NCBI RefSeq assembly: GCF_018350175.1
Contig: NC_058368.1
Span: 26,786,001-26,850,000 of the forward strand
Source of the DNA: Felis catus
Taxonomy: Eukaryota
Reading direction: 5' to 3'
DNA: 64,000 nucleotides
In this document: in pieces, positions 1 through 13,280 of the stretch
How the letters are laid out: every line of letters begins with the position of its first letter
How positions within the stretch are numbered: the first letter of the stretch is position 1
Position numbers and translations under genes: made by a program
Notes under the pieces: model-generated
Told to the model about the DNA's origin: nothing
Databases searched by the model: none
What the model saw: the letters and a program-made list of their open reading frames with translations, nothing else

Positions 1-395
1 ATAAGAATGAGATTGTGTGTGGCTATGGGACTTTTACAGCTGATGGTGGGAATATGAATTAGCAGGATTTTTCATTGACATTATGCAATAAAACTTAAAC
101 TATGTATCATTTTATACAGAAAGTTTTATACTTAACAATCTATTCCAATGAGATAACCACATCAATAGACAAAGATATACAAAAATGTTCATTGAAAGTA
201 GAAACAACCTCAATATCCACCAACATGAGACCGGTGAAAGAAGATATGGTATATTCATATAAGAGAACCTATACATCTGCTGAAAAGAATCATGGAGATT
301 TATATTTGTTGGCTTGAATAGGAGCTCCATGACATAATTTTTGAAAGAAAAGAATTAGAAAGCAGTGTAGTTGATATAATCCCATTCATGTGTAA
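1..395 (+). mobile_element. Old L1M (L1MC/L1ME-type) 3' region fragment
   Basis: Degenerate L1 3' motifs (aaacaacctcaatatccacc, atatggtatattcata, gatataatcccattcatgtg). Boundaries approximate. Confidence 0.6.
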
Positions 396-2389
396 ATCAC
401 AGAAATCCCAGATCCTGCTGTGGTCCACTTCCGCAGTGTTGCCTTCATAGAAACAGCCCAGTTACCAAAAGGCATTACAAAATAATTTCACTCCTGGCTC
501 TTAACTTTCAGAAATTATTAAGGAACATATAATTCCCAACCCAGAGCACTACATCCTTTAATACCCTCTGTACCCTACCTTTTCCACCTTGTTCTCTAAC
601 ACTGTAACAGCTCCTGACGGCTCTCTGTCCCCAGCAGCCTTCTCCTAGTCTCAATCACAAACTCTGCCCCCAAATTGACCAACCACTCATTTTTTTCTTT
701 GTCCCTTTTTCCTCTTCTTTTGGTTCTTGCTTCAGTGATTACCATAATCTGAATAATAAGGTGGGGAAAGAAGAAAATGCTAAATGAACAAAATTTCCTT
801 TCCAGGAGTAGGAAGAAAAGAGATCGACTATGCATACACTACGATGTCTTAACCTTGCAGCAAATACAAAGTTATTATACTGCTACCCGCTGATATTTAC
901 ATAAAAGTGTCTGCAAGGATGTTGACAAAATCCTTAGCAATAATGATCCCAGTTGGGATTTCTCTGTGAATTTCTCTGTCTTCCTTCTAGCTCTTTGATT
1001 TATTCATGATAAACATGTTTTGTTTATAATCAGAAATGAGAAATAAACTCATATATTAACATGTAAAGAAGGAATTGTAATGACGTTCACAACGAATAAT
1101 GAATATAAAAAATTACCACACAATTTAAGTATAAGATATATGTATTTTAAATACATACAATTGGACTGTCTCTTCCTGTTTTCAACATTAATAAGCTCCA
1201 TTATTTGGGGATTATCTTTCATTACCCCTACATGTTAGATTTGATCAGTTTCTTAGCAACAGTTGAACACTATATTGCTTAATTTTGTTGTTTTTACTCC
1301 CAGTCAATCCTATTTAATTTGTGAGTCCAATGCATTGTGATTCTTACACAGCACCTAATGACTTACAAAAAATGTTAACATTTCAAACTGATTGTAATCC
1401 TCTCAATCCATTTGCCCTGTAAGTCTTCATTTTTATGGTTTCTTGGGTAAACAGGGAGTTACTATATGTGTGTTTGTATCCATTTCAAACTCTCCACATC
1501 TACACATCCCTGTACCTCTTTCTAACTAGATAGCATTTGTTTATTTTTGTGATTTTTGAACCGGATAAATTTTCCTGAAAATCAAGGTGCCTGACTATTT
1601 AGTTCCTGACACTGTGATTCATGCGTCTTCTCTTAGCTGGGGGATTTCCGAAGAGAAGTTTGCAACACCTCCCTGGTGGGGCACAGTCCCACAACTGCTA
1701 ATAACTAGTGCCAGACAACGGGCACTCCTGGTTTCTGAGCAGGGAGCTTGTTCGTCAGACTCTTCATTCAGAAATGCCAAATGGCACCCATGCTTACGGC
1801 TGGAAATTCCAACCTGGGAGTTCCAGAAAGTGTAATTTATCATGTGACAACTATATTTACCTCTCAAAGTTCCTTCAGCATTATAATTAAATAACTGAAT
1901 CAGTTCTAGTCAGAGACAGTTTACAGTATGTCTCTATGTGGAGAAAAGAAATAATTGCTGATCAAAATCCTAAAGGACCTTGAAAAATTAGAAACAAGCT
2001 CTAATAGGCTGGCTACTGAACAAAACATTCCCAGGAAAAACAAGTGCCCACAGTAGGTGGAAAATGGTTGACTTTTTAGCCCCACAGATTCAGTTGTCAT
2101 CAAGGGACTATACACTTCAGTGATATTATATAAATATTAAGCAACATTTTAATAAATATATCAGGGTATATCTGTTTGTTTCCTAGTTATTCTTTTTGCC
2201 CTTTAGAGTCATTTGAGTAGCCCTCAGATATATGAATATGGCTGAATAAACCTCACTGAATTAGAACTATGGTATAAAAGGACTCCTTTATTTCTCTCTC
2301 TCTCTCTCTTTTAGAATGACTTGGGAGATGTTGCTTCACCTTCTGATAAGAAGTAGATCAACTTGGCCAGAAGCCATGCTTTTCTACCC

Positions 2390-2712
2390 CTGAAGGAAGA
2401 GCACAGCAAACTCACTGCCCCAGTGAAGCCTTCCCAGGTGTTCCTGACCAGATGGTTCTTCTTGTATATAACCTCTCCTGTACCACTCCATCATTGCCTT
2501 ATCACAGTTGTGGCTTTATGTTTATGTCATTACTCTTTGTTTAATATCTCAATCCTCCTCTAGGCGTTAAGCAACATTAGGGCAAAGACCATGACTCTCT
2601 TTGCTCATACTTATATTTCTAATGCCTCACATAGTGTCTAATCCACATTAGCACTCAATGAATATCGTACTTGTTGAAAAGATGAATGAATGGATGAATG
2701 AATGAATGAATG
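2390..2712 (+). mobile_element. L2 3' end
   Basis: L2-like 3' text (agggcaaagaccatg...gcactcaatgaatat) ending in (GAAT)n repeats. Confidence 0.7.
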
Positions 2713-4034
2713 ATTTGGAAAGACCTATTTAGGGTGGTACCAATCAAGGTCATTGGGCAGAGAGGATAACAAAATGTCCAAAATAAAGTTACCACAAATG
2801 TATAAAGACATGGAACCAGCAGATTGGCCCTGGATTTGAGTTCGAAACAGAGAAGAGGATAATTGTCTAATTTCTGTGATGTGCAAGACACTAGAACTGG
2901 TCTTAACCCATCCTTCCTGGGAAGGCCAGTTCTTTAAACTGGCTGGGTATATATTCAAAGAAACAATCTGTATGGATGGTATCAATGTGGACCTCAGATG
3001 TATTACAGGCGGATGATATCTCAACTGAGCAATCGATTGGAAGTGACCTTCCCTCAAAGGCTTGTTGAGGTCAGGACAGGGCTCTGCCAACACAGAGGAT
3101 CTCACCCAGCCCCACTGCACATTACTGGATAGCATTCAGTGTTTACCAACAAGAGTAGACAGAATTCTGGAGTCAAATTAATATACAAATGGTGCTTCAT
3201 TTCCCTGTCTGACTCCTCTTCTTTTGGAGGGTTTCTGGGTCACCTCACTCCACATGAGGTGCTTCAAGTATCTTCAAATACCCCACTGGGCTTTCATCCA
3301 CCTTATGTTCACATGATGATTTTCATCTGAACCTGCCCTGGAGGAGATTAGTACCATATGAACGTCACCAGGTGAAGGCACTGAAATTGTTATAACTCAA
3401 AGGGACCTGGTCAATTGGCTGGAAGTCATTGCCACCGAGTACAATCCAAACCATCCACAAATGACAACTTCCAAATGGCTGCCTGACACTCTTGACTACC
3501 TTAGGAACAGGAAGCTTCCATCTCTGTACTTCCACAAAGGCCAGCCTCTACTAAGAGCCTTCTAACCTTAACCACTGTTGGTCCATCCATATGACTCAGA
3601 AGCAGACTGAATTTCCCCCTTCCCAAGACACCTATGAACACTTAAGGCTTGCAGGATACAAGATGGGAATGACATTAGAGCTGAAAGGACAGACTTAGTG
3701 TCTAAACTATCTGTCTGGCTGTATAGACATGTAAACACTTGAGTACCATACCCTACAAACTCCTGGTGCAGGTTATTTCTACCCAAAACTAGATAAACCC
3801 TTCTATTATATAAAGACCAGAAGAGAATTAATCCATTAAACTTAGCCTACCTCTCACCAGTGCCACCTATAGTTCTCAACCCTTTATGTTATGTTCCCAA
3901 AAGTCCAGACTGAATCACGTCACCCTTCAGGTTAAAAATCTCCGTGTGCTTCTCATTATCTACAGGATCAAATCCAAACTTTCTTCTTGCTTCGTGCCCC
4001 CTCATACAACCTTGAATTTGTGTTAACCTTACCA

Positions 4035-5360
4035 ATTTAAACATTTTCATTTTAGATATTTAAAGTATAAAATAATACAAACTCAAAAATTCAAACGATA
4101 CAAATGGCACAAAGAAAAAATATTCTCTTCTTCTACTCTACCTTTTTCCCTTCAGAATAAACTGCTGATACTGTGATGTGTGGCCCTTTAGATCTTTCTC
4201 AATGTATACATGTTTATGTATTGGAGTTGCATTATAACTTCCTCATGCACACATAGAAAACATATAGAAACAGACAGAAACATACAAAAAGAGAGCAATG
4301 TAAACAGAGGAGTTCTGGCACCACTATTCCACTCAATGAGCACACTGTCCTGAGAGAGCTTGGGATGCAAGCCATGATTCTGCTGACCGTGGGGGGAGCT
4401 AAGTTTTCAGGCCTGTGGAGGATGAACATCTCGCGGAGCTGAGTGTGGTTCTCATGTTCACAGATGCGGGTTTGTCTATAGTTGCTAGGACTTTGCTTCA
4501 AGACCAAACCCCTCATTGGATATAACTCCATTGTGCATATGAACATATTTTGTTATTATAATGAGAGTATAATATACTGCTTTGCAACCATGAGCATTTT
4601 TGTTTTTATTGATTTCATTATTTTTCACCACTGTCTGATACGCCATTGCTTAGATGTACCATAATTTGTTTAACCTCTCTCCAGCTGATGGGCATTTTAC
4701 CCCAGGTTTTCATTAGTATAGGTGATGCACCGAGCATCCTTCTATATAAATCTTGTGCTCTTCTCTGGGAATATTGGTAGGATACATACCTGGTAGTCAA
4801 AATACTGGAACAAACGGTAGGTGCTTTTTTTTTGATAAATATTTTTGATAAATTTTTGATAAATATTACCAAATGTTATATAAACTTAAACACATACTAA
4901 TAGTTTTCTAAAGAATATTTTGGAATTATTTGTCACAGAAAATTTTGAAGAAGAAAGCAAAATGTCCCATAGTCTCCATTTAAATTTACAACATAGAGTT
5001 GAAATATATAAAAACAAAAATACAAAAATTCTACCTCTCCACAATATCTTCTAAAGAGATTTGGGTTATCTTTAACAAATTTTTGTATATATATAATAGC
5101 ATTCTTGTGTACATACAATATATATATATGTCCTTTTAATAAAAAAGGATTATCGTATACATGCAAATTTTCACTGTGCTTTTCTTCCTTTGAAAAATAC
5201 ATCTTCAAGATTCTTTCCATATCAGGATATATAAGTCTACCTAGTTCTAGTGGCTGCATACTATTCCATTTTATTGGTATTTCATAATCTATTGAATTAG
5301 TCCCTTACTGACATTTATAATGTTTCAAGTTTTGGGTTATTGCAAACAATTCTGAACACA
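4035..5360 (-). mobile_element. Old L1ME-type fragments, interrupted
   Basis: Antisense L1 3'UTR motifs (gatgtaccataatttgtttaacc, gatgggcatttt, tggctgcatactattccatt). Interrupted at about 4296-4533. Confidence 0.55.
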
Positions 5361-5446
5361 CTCATTGTAAAAACACACTAATAGTCTTAACACACTCATT
5401 CTCAAAATTGAACATTGCTATCTCTATTCATATTTTATAATTAATA

Positions 5447-6211
5447 CAGGTATTCCTTGCTTTTCAAGAGTTTGTGTTAGCTATTTCTCTGTTATAAAAG
5501 ATTACCTTACTACCTGTTTTCAATAGCCCCAAAAAAATCCAAAGAGGAATTTCACTTTTAGGAAAAAAGGCAAAAAAGTGAAAATAGCATTCAGCATTTG
5601 TTTTGCAGCAAGGCCTTACGGAGGCAGCACGCACTCTGAGCAGCTCCGCCAAGCTCCTTCCTGGGGAAATACACTCAGCATCTTTGTATCAAGCTGTTAC
5701 AGCTTTAGCGTGTGTCTGTGAGCATCTGCGCTTTATCTCAATTTATTTTGTGCATCCGTTAGCAAGATGTGTCCTAAGGTGTAGCAGGATTCTCGCACGG
5801 AGAGCCGTGACACCGAAGCTTTATTTTCCAGGAAGCAACTTTATTCGTGCCGGGGTAGCTCAGTTTGGGTTCGTACCCGAAGAACTGAGCCCCGAATGCC
5901 ACGTGGTATAATTTTTTATACATTTTCTATTTCTTTGTCTCCCATATAAGGTAACACACAAATATGCCGTCTGATGTTACAAGGTCGTGAAGGATGTCAC
6001 GTAAGCATACAGCCAGGTTGCCTTGAAATTTTCTTTTCCTTAGGGAGGGGACCCTACCACAAAGAGCCTAAAGAGGGGTTATTTTTTGGATGTAAGAATG
6101 CTCAAAGATGGTTTCATACACATTAGTGGTAACTGATTCTTTGCTTTATGCCACTTCGACTTAGGAAAGGTTTCATAGGAAGCCTCAACTTTCGGATAGT
6201 GGGGAAATCTG
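5447..6211. mobile_element. Non-autonomous TcMar-Tigger DNA transposon, split by an LTR
   Basis: Imperfect terminal inverted repeats (caggtattccttgcttttcaagagtt vs reverse complement cagatttccccactatccgaaagtt). TA at 5445-5446 and 6212-6213. Confidence 0.8.
5780..6061 (-). mobile_element. Solo ERV LTR (probably class I), 282 bp
   Basis: TGT...ACA termini, 4-bp flanks aagg/aaga, minus-strand TATAAAA near 5914-5920, two minus-strand AATAAA (5820-5825, 5840-5845), 13 CpGs retained. Confidence 0.85.
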
Positions 6212-6229
6212 TATATAGATGGAAGTGTA

Positions 6230-6620
6230 GTGTGATTATTTAGATATGTCTTGCCCAGAAAATGAGCTTCCTGAAGAAAAGGAGCATGCCTTACTATTTG
6301 CTAAATCCCACAGGGCATACATAGTACATTGTTATATGATAGATGCATATTAAGCATTAAAAAAGTGAATGAAGGAATGAAAAAAAATGCTGCTGGTGAA
6401 GATGTATCTTTTCTTAATTTTAAAGTGAGTGTGAACAGTGTGCCTTTTATGGATCCACTGATATAGCATACATTTGTTAAGTATCTACTCTATGCTAGAT
6501 ATTATGGCCCATGTGATCAGGAATTGAAGCAGGTACATAAATATTAGTGATAACCGAAGATAAGGGCCAAAGAAAGTGCCACAAGCAACCAGAGGGATAC
6601 AGAGAACATCTAGAAAGTAG
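6230..6620. mobile_element. L2 3' fragments in opposite orientations
   Basis: Plus L2 end (atgagcttcctgaag...gtgaatgaaggaatgaa) followed by minus L2 end (catacatttgttaagtatctactctatgctag). Confidence 0.5.
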
Positions 6621-7829
6621 TATGAGCTTGAAATAAGACAGTGCCATATTGGCAAACCAGCTCTTGGTGGGTGGGGCTTATTTGTAGCATATACCAATTT
6701 GTATGGCCATATTCAAGCTATCAGTATACCGAACAATCATCTCTCTTAAGCCAATAAAGCCTTCAGCATCACACCGAACTGGGGCATACCAACCGACCTT
6801 TTCAAAACCCCTTCCTTCTCCTATCACCATGACTTACCAATACCACATCATTTCCGCTATTGCCCCCAAACCATGCACGCCACAGGAGAAACAAAGTGGT
6901 TTTTGGAGGTTCTTAGGATGGAGAAATTGGGAGCTAGAGAATGACTTCTACAATTGGTTAAGCATGCAGAAAACTACTCTGACCAGTTGAATATGCTTCA
7001 TGTCCAATCTTGCTGGCCCTCAATGGGTCCATTCCATCCTCAAAGGCTTCTTTTCCCCATTCCATTGCCTGCACTGCTGGGTTCCTCACAAATACTTCCA
7101 TCCCAGTTTTCTTGAATGAGCCAGAAATCTCTCAGAAAGATAAGGAAAACAACTGGAGATTGCTTATTATAAATAGGGCTCAACTCTAACCGAGCTCACA
7201 TCCCCTGAGGCTTAAATTTGTATTTGGACATCAAATTTACAGCAGGAATATGGCCCCTGAAGTTTGGGGGATGAGTCACAGTATATTTTAAGAGGTTCTG
7301 GACACATGTTAAGATTATATTTTGCTTTAGAGCCAGGAAACAAAGTGTCTCAGCTGTGCCATGAGAAATTATACATTTCAAGATTCAAGCAAGAATCTCA
7401 TACAAGTTTGTAGAAGAGGGGCTTTATAGGAATTAGTCCATCTTAGTCCAAAATGTTTTTAGTAGAATTATTTGGTTTTGGGCTCCACTGTTTATCGGAA
7501 ATCTTAAAAACAAAATAAAAACAGCCAAGTGAAACAATCATATCCACCTCTTTGGAAGTTTAAAATGTATTTTTCCAAGTAGACGTTCAACCTACAATGT
7601 TCTCATTCATCATACCCTGACTTGCAAACCAGTGTGAGATTCTAATTTTCCACTCAAAATAAACCATGAAAACTAGTATGTCAGAAGAGGTCCCTTGGAG
7701 AATGAAATAGTGCCTTTGATGATCAAAATAAAGAAAGGATGGGGGGTCATAGACACAAAAATTAACCCAGCCCAGTTAAAATCAACAAAAAATGGTTTCG
7801 TTGTTGCTTCTGTTTAAATTAAGTATAGC

Positions 7830-8069
7830 TGGGAATGCAAGCTGGTGCAGCCACTCTGGAAAACAGTATGGGGTTTCCTCAAAAAACTAAAAATAGAACT
7901 ACCCTATGACCCAGCAATTGCACTACTAGGCATTTATCCACGGGATACAGGTGTGCTGTTTCGAAGGGACACATGCACCCCCATATTTATAGCAGCACTA
8001 TCAACAATAGCCAAAATATGGAAAGAGCCCAAATGTCCATCGATGGATGAACAGATAAAGAAGATGTGG

Positions 8070-8153
<84 letters not shown>

Positions 8154-8575
8154 CATACACAATGGAGTATTACTCGGAAATCAAAACGAATGACATCTTG
8201 CCATTTGCAACTACATGGCTGGAACTGGAGGGGATTATGCTAAGTGAAATTAGTCAGTCAGAGAAAGACAAAAATCATATGACTTCACTCATATGAGGAC
8301 TTTAAGAGACAAAACAGATGAACATAAGGGAAGGGAAACAAAAATCATATAAAAACAGGGAGGGGGACAAAACAGAAGAGACTCATAAATATGGAGAACA
8401 AATTGAGGGTTACTGGAGGGGGTGTGGGAGGCGGGATGGGCTAAATGGGTAAGAAGCATTAAGGAATCTACTCCCAAAATCATTGTTTCACTATATGCTA
8501 ACTAATTTGGATGTAAGTTTTAAAAAATAAAAAATAAAATTAAAAAAAAAAATAAATAAATAAAAAGAAAAAAAA
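7830..8575 (+). mobile_element. Young felid L1, 5'-truncated (ORF2 C-terminus, 3'UTR, poly-A)
   Basis: ORF 7845-8243 begins with L1 ORF2 C-terminal [32 protein letters not shown]-rich tail and perfect 15-bp TSD taaattaagtatagc (7815-7829, 8576-8590). Confidence 0.95.
8070..8160. repeat. Compound (TA)(TG)n(TA)n microsatellite inside L1
   Basis: Seen directly. Confidence 0.95.
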
Positions 8576-8834
8576 TAAATTAAGTATAGCAATGCACTGT
8601 CCCTGAAAACTGGCAGTACATTCATTCCACTTTTCCTGTGGAAGATTTTGGACATAGGGAATTGTTAAAGCTAATTACTAGCAAGAAAAAGAATGCTGCG
8701 TTTAGGGTGGAAGCATAATGCATGCATGAAAAACCAAAGGCTGAAGCACTTGGCACAAGGAAGAACTTGGCACAAGGAAATGACCGAAACAACAGATGAT
8801 GCCTGGGCTCCATGACCTTTAACACGCTTCCAAA

Positions 8835-9430
8835 CAGGGCCAGCTTCATGAGCATGTCACCAAGGCAGCCCCCACAGAGCCCCATGCTCACAGCCCCCTG
8901 TGCCTGGGGTTTAACGTTCTGAGGTCATCATCTTGAAATTGTTCATTTTGTTTTTGAATTTGCATTTTTAAAATGAAGTCTCATGAGACAATGGAGCATG
9001 TGTGTTTGGCACTTTGGCCCACAGAGAGGTCCCATTTCAACTCATCTCCCTCAGGTGGGCTTTCAGACACCCACTCTCCCACCCCCTGGTGCCTCAGGCC
9101 ACTCCCATCCTCCCCTTCCTGCCCTATCCCAGGACTTCAGCTTCCTCCTGGCCCCTTCTGGAGCCTAGACACCAGAAGAATCATACCATCTTGGGACAGG
9201 GTATGGTGGTGGCATTCCCATCCTGGGCTACTTTAAGCAGACGATTTGGGGGTGGGGGGCAGTGAGCCTCTCATCCACCCCCCAAACTACATACTGAGGG
9301 CAGAGGTTGCAATCCCTTGTGGGTCACCCATCAGCAGTGGGTTGATTGACTTCTCTGGGGAGATTGACTTCTGTGCCCAGAGCAGGACACAAGTGTCAGT
9401 CTAGTGGCTGAACATTGATATATAATTAGT
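8835..9430 (+). mobile_element. MER45-family hAT-Tip100 DNA transposon fragment
   Basis: Starts cagggccagcttcatgagcatgtcacc and contains ggtttaacgttctg...atcttgaaatt, matching the MER45 terminus as recalled. Right end approximate. Confidence 0.65.
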
Positions 9431-10343
9431 GACTTTCATGTGCCTCTGTTTTACTTTTTCTTCACCTAGCTATCTCTCCACATTTATATTTCCCCCAGGA
9501 GTTACTATTTTCAACCACTTAATCAGCTGCCTCTTGGCTACAGTTCTCTGCCCAGATTCCCATCTCTTGCTCCAGACCGAGAATCAGCAAACGCCCAAGG
9601 AGAAAAGCGGACACAGAAGTCAATGCACCCCTATGCTGTTCCCTTTTCTCTGGGATCTTAGCACCTTAAGCCCTGGTTGCTTTTGCATAACTTCATGGCT
9701 TCTAAATTTCCAATGGGAGCATAGGTATGCCGCAAGCCATTCCATCAGTGCTGGGAATTGATGACATAGTCTAGGGTCACAAACCAGACAACTGTTCCTA
9801 CTAACAGAAAGAACAAATGAACATCAAACATTCCCAAACCCACCATTTTGAGTTCAGAAACTCTAAATTTTAATCACTGTTTTTATTAACGGTGTTCTAC
9901 ATTAGTTCTTTAAGTTAGACTTTAAATTTGATTTTCTAATGGATACTTCAGATGATTGAGACCACCTAAACGTAAGATTTTCCATGCTAAAAATTTTGTG
10001 GGCATGTATTATCCCATACTTCTAGATTGTCTGTCTGTATGGTGAAGTGAAAGAATTCACTACTTTCTGGGGGGAAAGCTTGGCCCTGTCTAAGGACACA
10101 TTCTCTACCCAACCCCTGTGTGAAGGTGAGGCTGCCAGCCACCCAGACAGCCTCACTCCCTGGTCAGACCCCTTAATATTCGTAACATTTCATAAGGAGA
10201 GGTCAAGTCTGCCCTGCTCTTAGCTTATTCTCTAACTACATTTAGGGAACTTCCTCTTATCAGTAACCTGGAGATTGGGTTCAAAACAGACAATATACTG
10301 TGAATTCTTCGTGGCACATTTTTTTTTTAAATAAAGGGTTACC

Positions 10344-10577
10344 GGGGCGCCTGGGTGGCTCAGTCGGTTGGGCGTCCGACTTCGGCTCAGGTCAAGATCT
10401 CACGGTCCGTGAGTTCGAGCCCCGCGTCGGGCTCTGTGCTGACAGCTCAGAGCCTGGAGCCTGCTTCAGATACTGTGTCTCCTTCTCTCTGACCCTCCCC
10501 CATTCATGCTCTGTCTCTCTCTGTCTCAAAAATAAATAAATATTTAAAAAAATGTTTAAAAATAAATAAATAAAATA
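10344..10577 (+). mobile_element. Felid Can-SINE
   Basis: ggggcgcctgggtggctcagtcgg head, B-box gttcgagccc, CT tract, A tail. TSD aaataaagggttacc (10329-10343, 10578-10592). Confidence 0.97.
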
Positions 10578-11295
10578 AAATAAAGGGTTACCTTTAAGAA
10601 ATATTGCTCAAGGAAGATTACTGTTAAGCTATAGAGTCTGCTCCTTCCCCCTGAATCTAAAAGAACTAAACAGAAACAAAATTGCTTTACATTGAATTGC
10701 TTCGGTCCCTCATTTACAAAATGCTTCAGCATTATGCCTTTGGCTTACATACAGGGAAGTAACAAGAGGAAGTCATTCTAAACTTGCCATTCTATTTAAT
10801 GCAGAAATATCGTTGAGAATGCTGATCTCCTTGAGAAGTCACAGGAGAGGTTTCTGCCAGCTCTCAGTATCAGGAAGATCTATGCATCTCTGAAAAAATG
10901 GTTTGTTTTCATTTTTAGACATTCTGAACATTGTAATCAATTATGTTTCATTTTCTCTGGCAGGTAGGAAGCTCGGGAGCCAAATCTGAAACCCACTTTA
11001 GGCTATGTTATTTCAAGTATTTCGTGTATTAATCTTGCCTCTGGTTTTATTTTCCTTAGTTTTCCTTTCTTCTGATTTCTGTATAGTTATCCTGCAGCGT
11101 TGTATATATGTTTTCAGATACAACCTGAAATAATTTTTGGAATAAAACAAGGGATATATGATATGCAAATGAATGCCCTTAAGACTGGGGATGGGCTGTC
11201 CTTAGGGCTCCTTTGTTTTCCTCTTTTGGATCTTCTGTCAGGCTTGTGCGGCACAGGCTGCCGCAGGACTCCACTGCTCCAGCCTTTAAAATAGC

Positions 11296-11508
11296 GGGGG
11301 CGCCTGGGTGGCTTGGTCAGTTAAGCGTCCGACTTCGGCTCAAGTCATGATCTCACGGTCCGTGAGTTCGAGCCCCGCGTCGGGCTCTGTGCTGACAGCT
11401 CAGAGCCTGGAGCCTGTTTCAGATTCTGTGTCTCCCTCTCTCTCTGCCCCTCCCCTGTTCATGCTCTGTCTCTCTCTGTCTCAAAAATAAATAAACATTA
11501 AAAAAAAA
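11296..11508 (+). mobile_element. Felid Can-SINE
   Basis: Full structure. TSD ttaaaatagc (11286-11295, 11509-11518). Confidence 0.97.
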
Positions 11509-12684
11509 TTAAAATAGCAATTCACTGGAGGCTCCTGTGTGGGCAGTGTCAGGAGAGCAAGGTGAGAGGAATACGCAGCCCCTCAAGAAGGTCAATGAGT
11601 GATCCATTACAACTCACAGGTTAGAGATCTGTTGTGAATACCTGTGACAGTCCCTTCCAGCTCTAAAATTTTATGTTATTCTATACTTCTATGAGCAGTC
11701 ATGAAACTAACAGGTTAATTCTGTTTTGTAAGTTCTCGATGGTCTTGTGACCACTCTTCTCTGTGTTTCTTGAAGCCCTTATCTGTCAGAGTTCCTGTGC
11801 TCAGTTTCTTCTAGAAGGAACAGTTCCACATTAAAAACTGAATGAGGACTCACAGTCCCTATTCCCATGTCTCCACAGCACAACAAAAAACAAGGTTAAC
11901 AGCATACTTGAACCAGCCACCCTGGTTCCTACAGAAGTGATTCTTAAAGGCGGGGTTGGTGGAGTGGGGGATGGGGGGGGTTGGGGAATATTAAATGTAT
12001 TTGCCCTTTAAAGAATCCCAAAGAAATGGAATTCTATTGAAAAAATGTAACCAACTTCAGAATCATTTGCCTCCCTCTCACCCACTTTGTTTTCTGTGAC
12101 TCTTTGCTTAGACCTGCTGCTTGGGACAGGGTTTACATAAATGGAAACACTTTCTTCTTCTATAAAACACATCTTACAATTCATATAATGAACTGCATAT
12201 GGAGATTGCTAGGAGGATATAACAACCTTAGCAGATTTCAGAAAGGGTCGTTGGCAGTCTCTTTCATTCACTCAATCAACATCAACCACGGGCCAGACAC
12301 AATACAAACCCACTGAAAGTCACTTCCAAAAAGGAGCTTAGGGTCTGATAGAATAAAAAGAAGAGAGAGACGTAATGTCAACATAGCACTACAGTTATTG
12401 AGAAATACGGAAGATACAGTAATGCCTTTAAGAAGAATGTTAAGAGACCTGGGGACTCTGGGGACTTAGAGAAATGTTAGAGAATTAACCTTGGTGGTGA
12501 AGCATAAGTGAGGTTTGACAGGCATAGAGTGGGAGGGGATGACTCAGGCAGTAGTACAAGATGTGGCAGGAAAATCTACTTGGGGAACTTCCAAGGGATG
12601 TGCATTATCTTTCATAAAGACTGAGAAGAGATCAGAAGAAAAGTAAGAAAGCCAAAAAAAAAAGAAAGTAATAAAGGTGAGAAA

Positions 12685-12756
12685 GAGAGGAAGGAAGGAA
12701 GGAAGGAAGGAAGGAAGGAAGGAAGGAAGGAAGGGAGGGAGGGAGGGAGAGGAGGG
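12685..12756. repeat. (GGAA)n/(GGGA)n purine microsatellite
   Basis: Seen directly. Confidence 0.95.
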
Positions 12757-13280
12757 TAATTCAAAAGGAATAAGGATTGCTACTGATACGGAGTTTTAAT
12801 GTGGAACTTGAGTTCAAGAAAAAAATCAGAAGCTACATTTAAAAACTGGGAAACTGTAATACACACATCTCGAGAGAAGGTGGGTAGAAAACTTCATTTT
12901 TACCGAGTAAAGTTACAAAATGTTTCAGGCTCCCCAGAACCTCTCTGAAGTCTTTGAAATAAAATCTAAACAAACCTCCTTTGGTAAATGCATATCTGTT
13001 CTTTTTTTATCCGCCCCCCCCCTCCTTCCTAATTCTTTGGAAAAGTGTCATTCCCCTTTGTGCATAGGTTTGGTGGAGTAAGGTCAGAGAATGAAACTGT
13101 TACTATTTTGCCTTCCCCATCTCTTGGCATTTCAGAGCTCCCTTGGTTTCTGACCATTGCTAAACCCTGTTCTCAAGCCTCAGATCAAATCTGTGAGAAC
13201 CATGATGTTCTCATAATGCCCTCTTATGCTCAGAGAAGCCCAATCAGTGGCTTTCAACCAAGAATAACGTTTTAACCAAG

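Noticed and set aside
7845..8296. ORFs of 132 and 76 aa
   Set aside because: L1 ORF2 C-terminal remnant running through a microsatellite, not a host gene.
8748..8779. Tandem duplication acttggcacaaggaa (similar small duplications at 4830-4868, 32237-32270, 60880-60901)
   Set aside because: Ordinary slippage duplications with no supporting context.
10300..11490. SINE-derived ORFs (also 20544, 24124, 28449, 40628, 50975, 51777) and their tRNA-like heads
   Set aside because: They are translations of Can-SINE bodies. The A/B boxes belong to SINEs, not tRNA genes.
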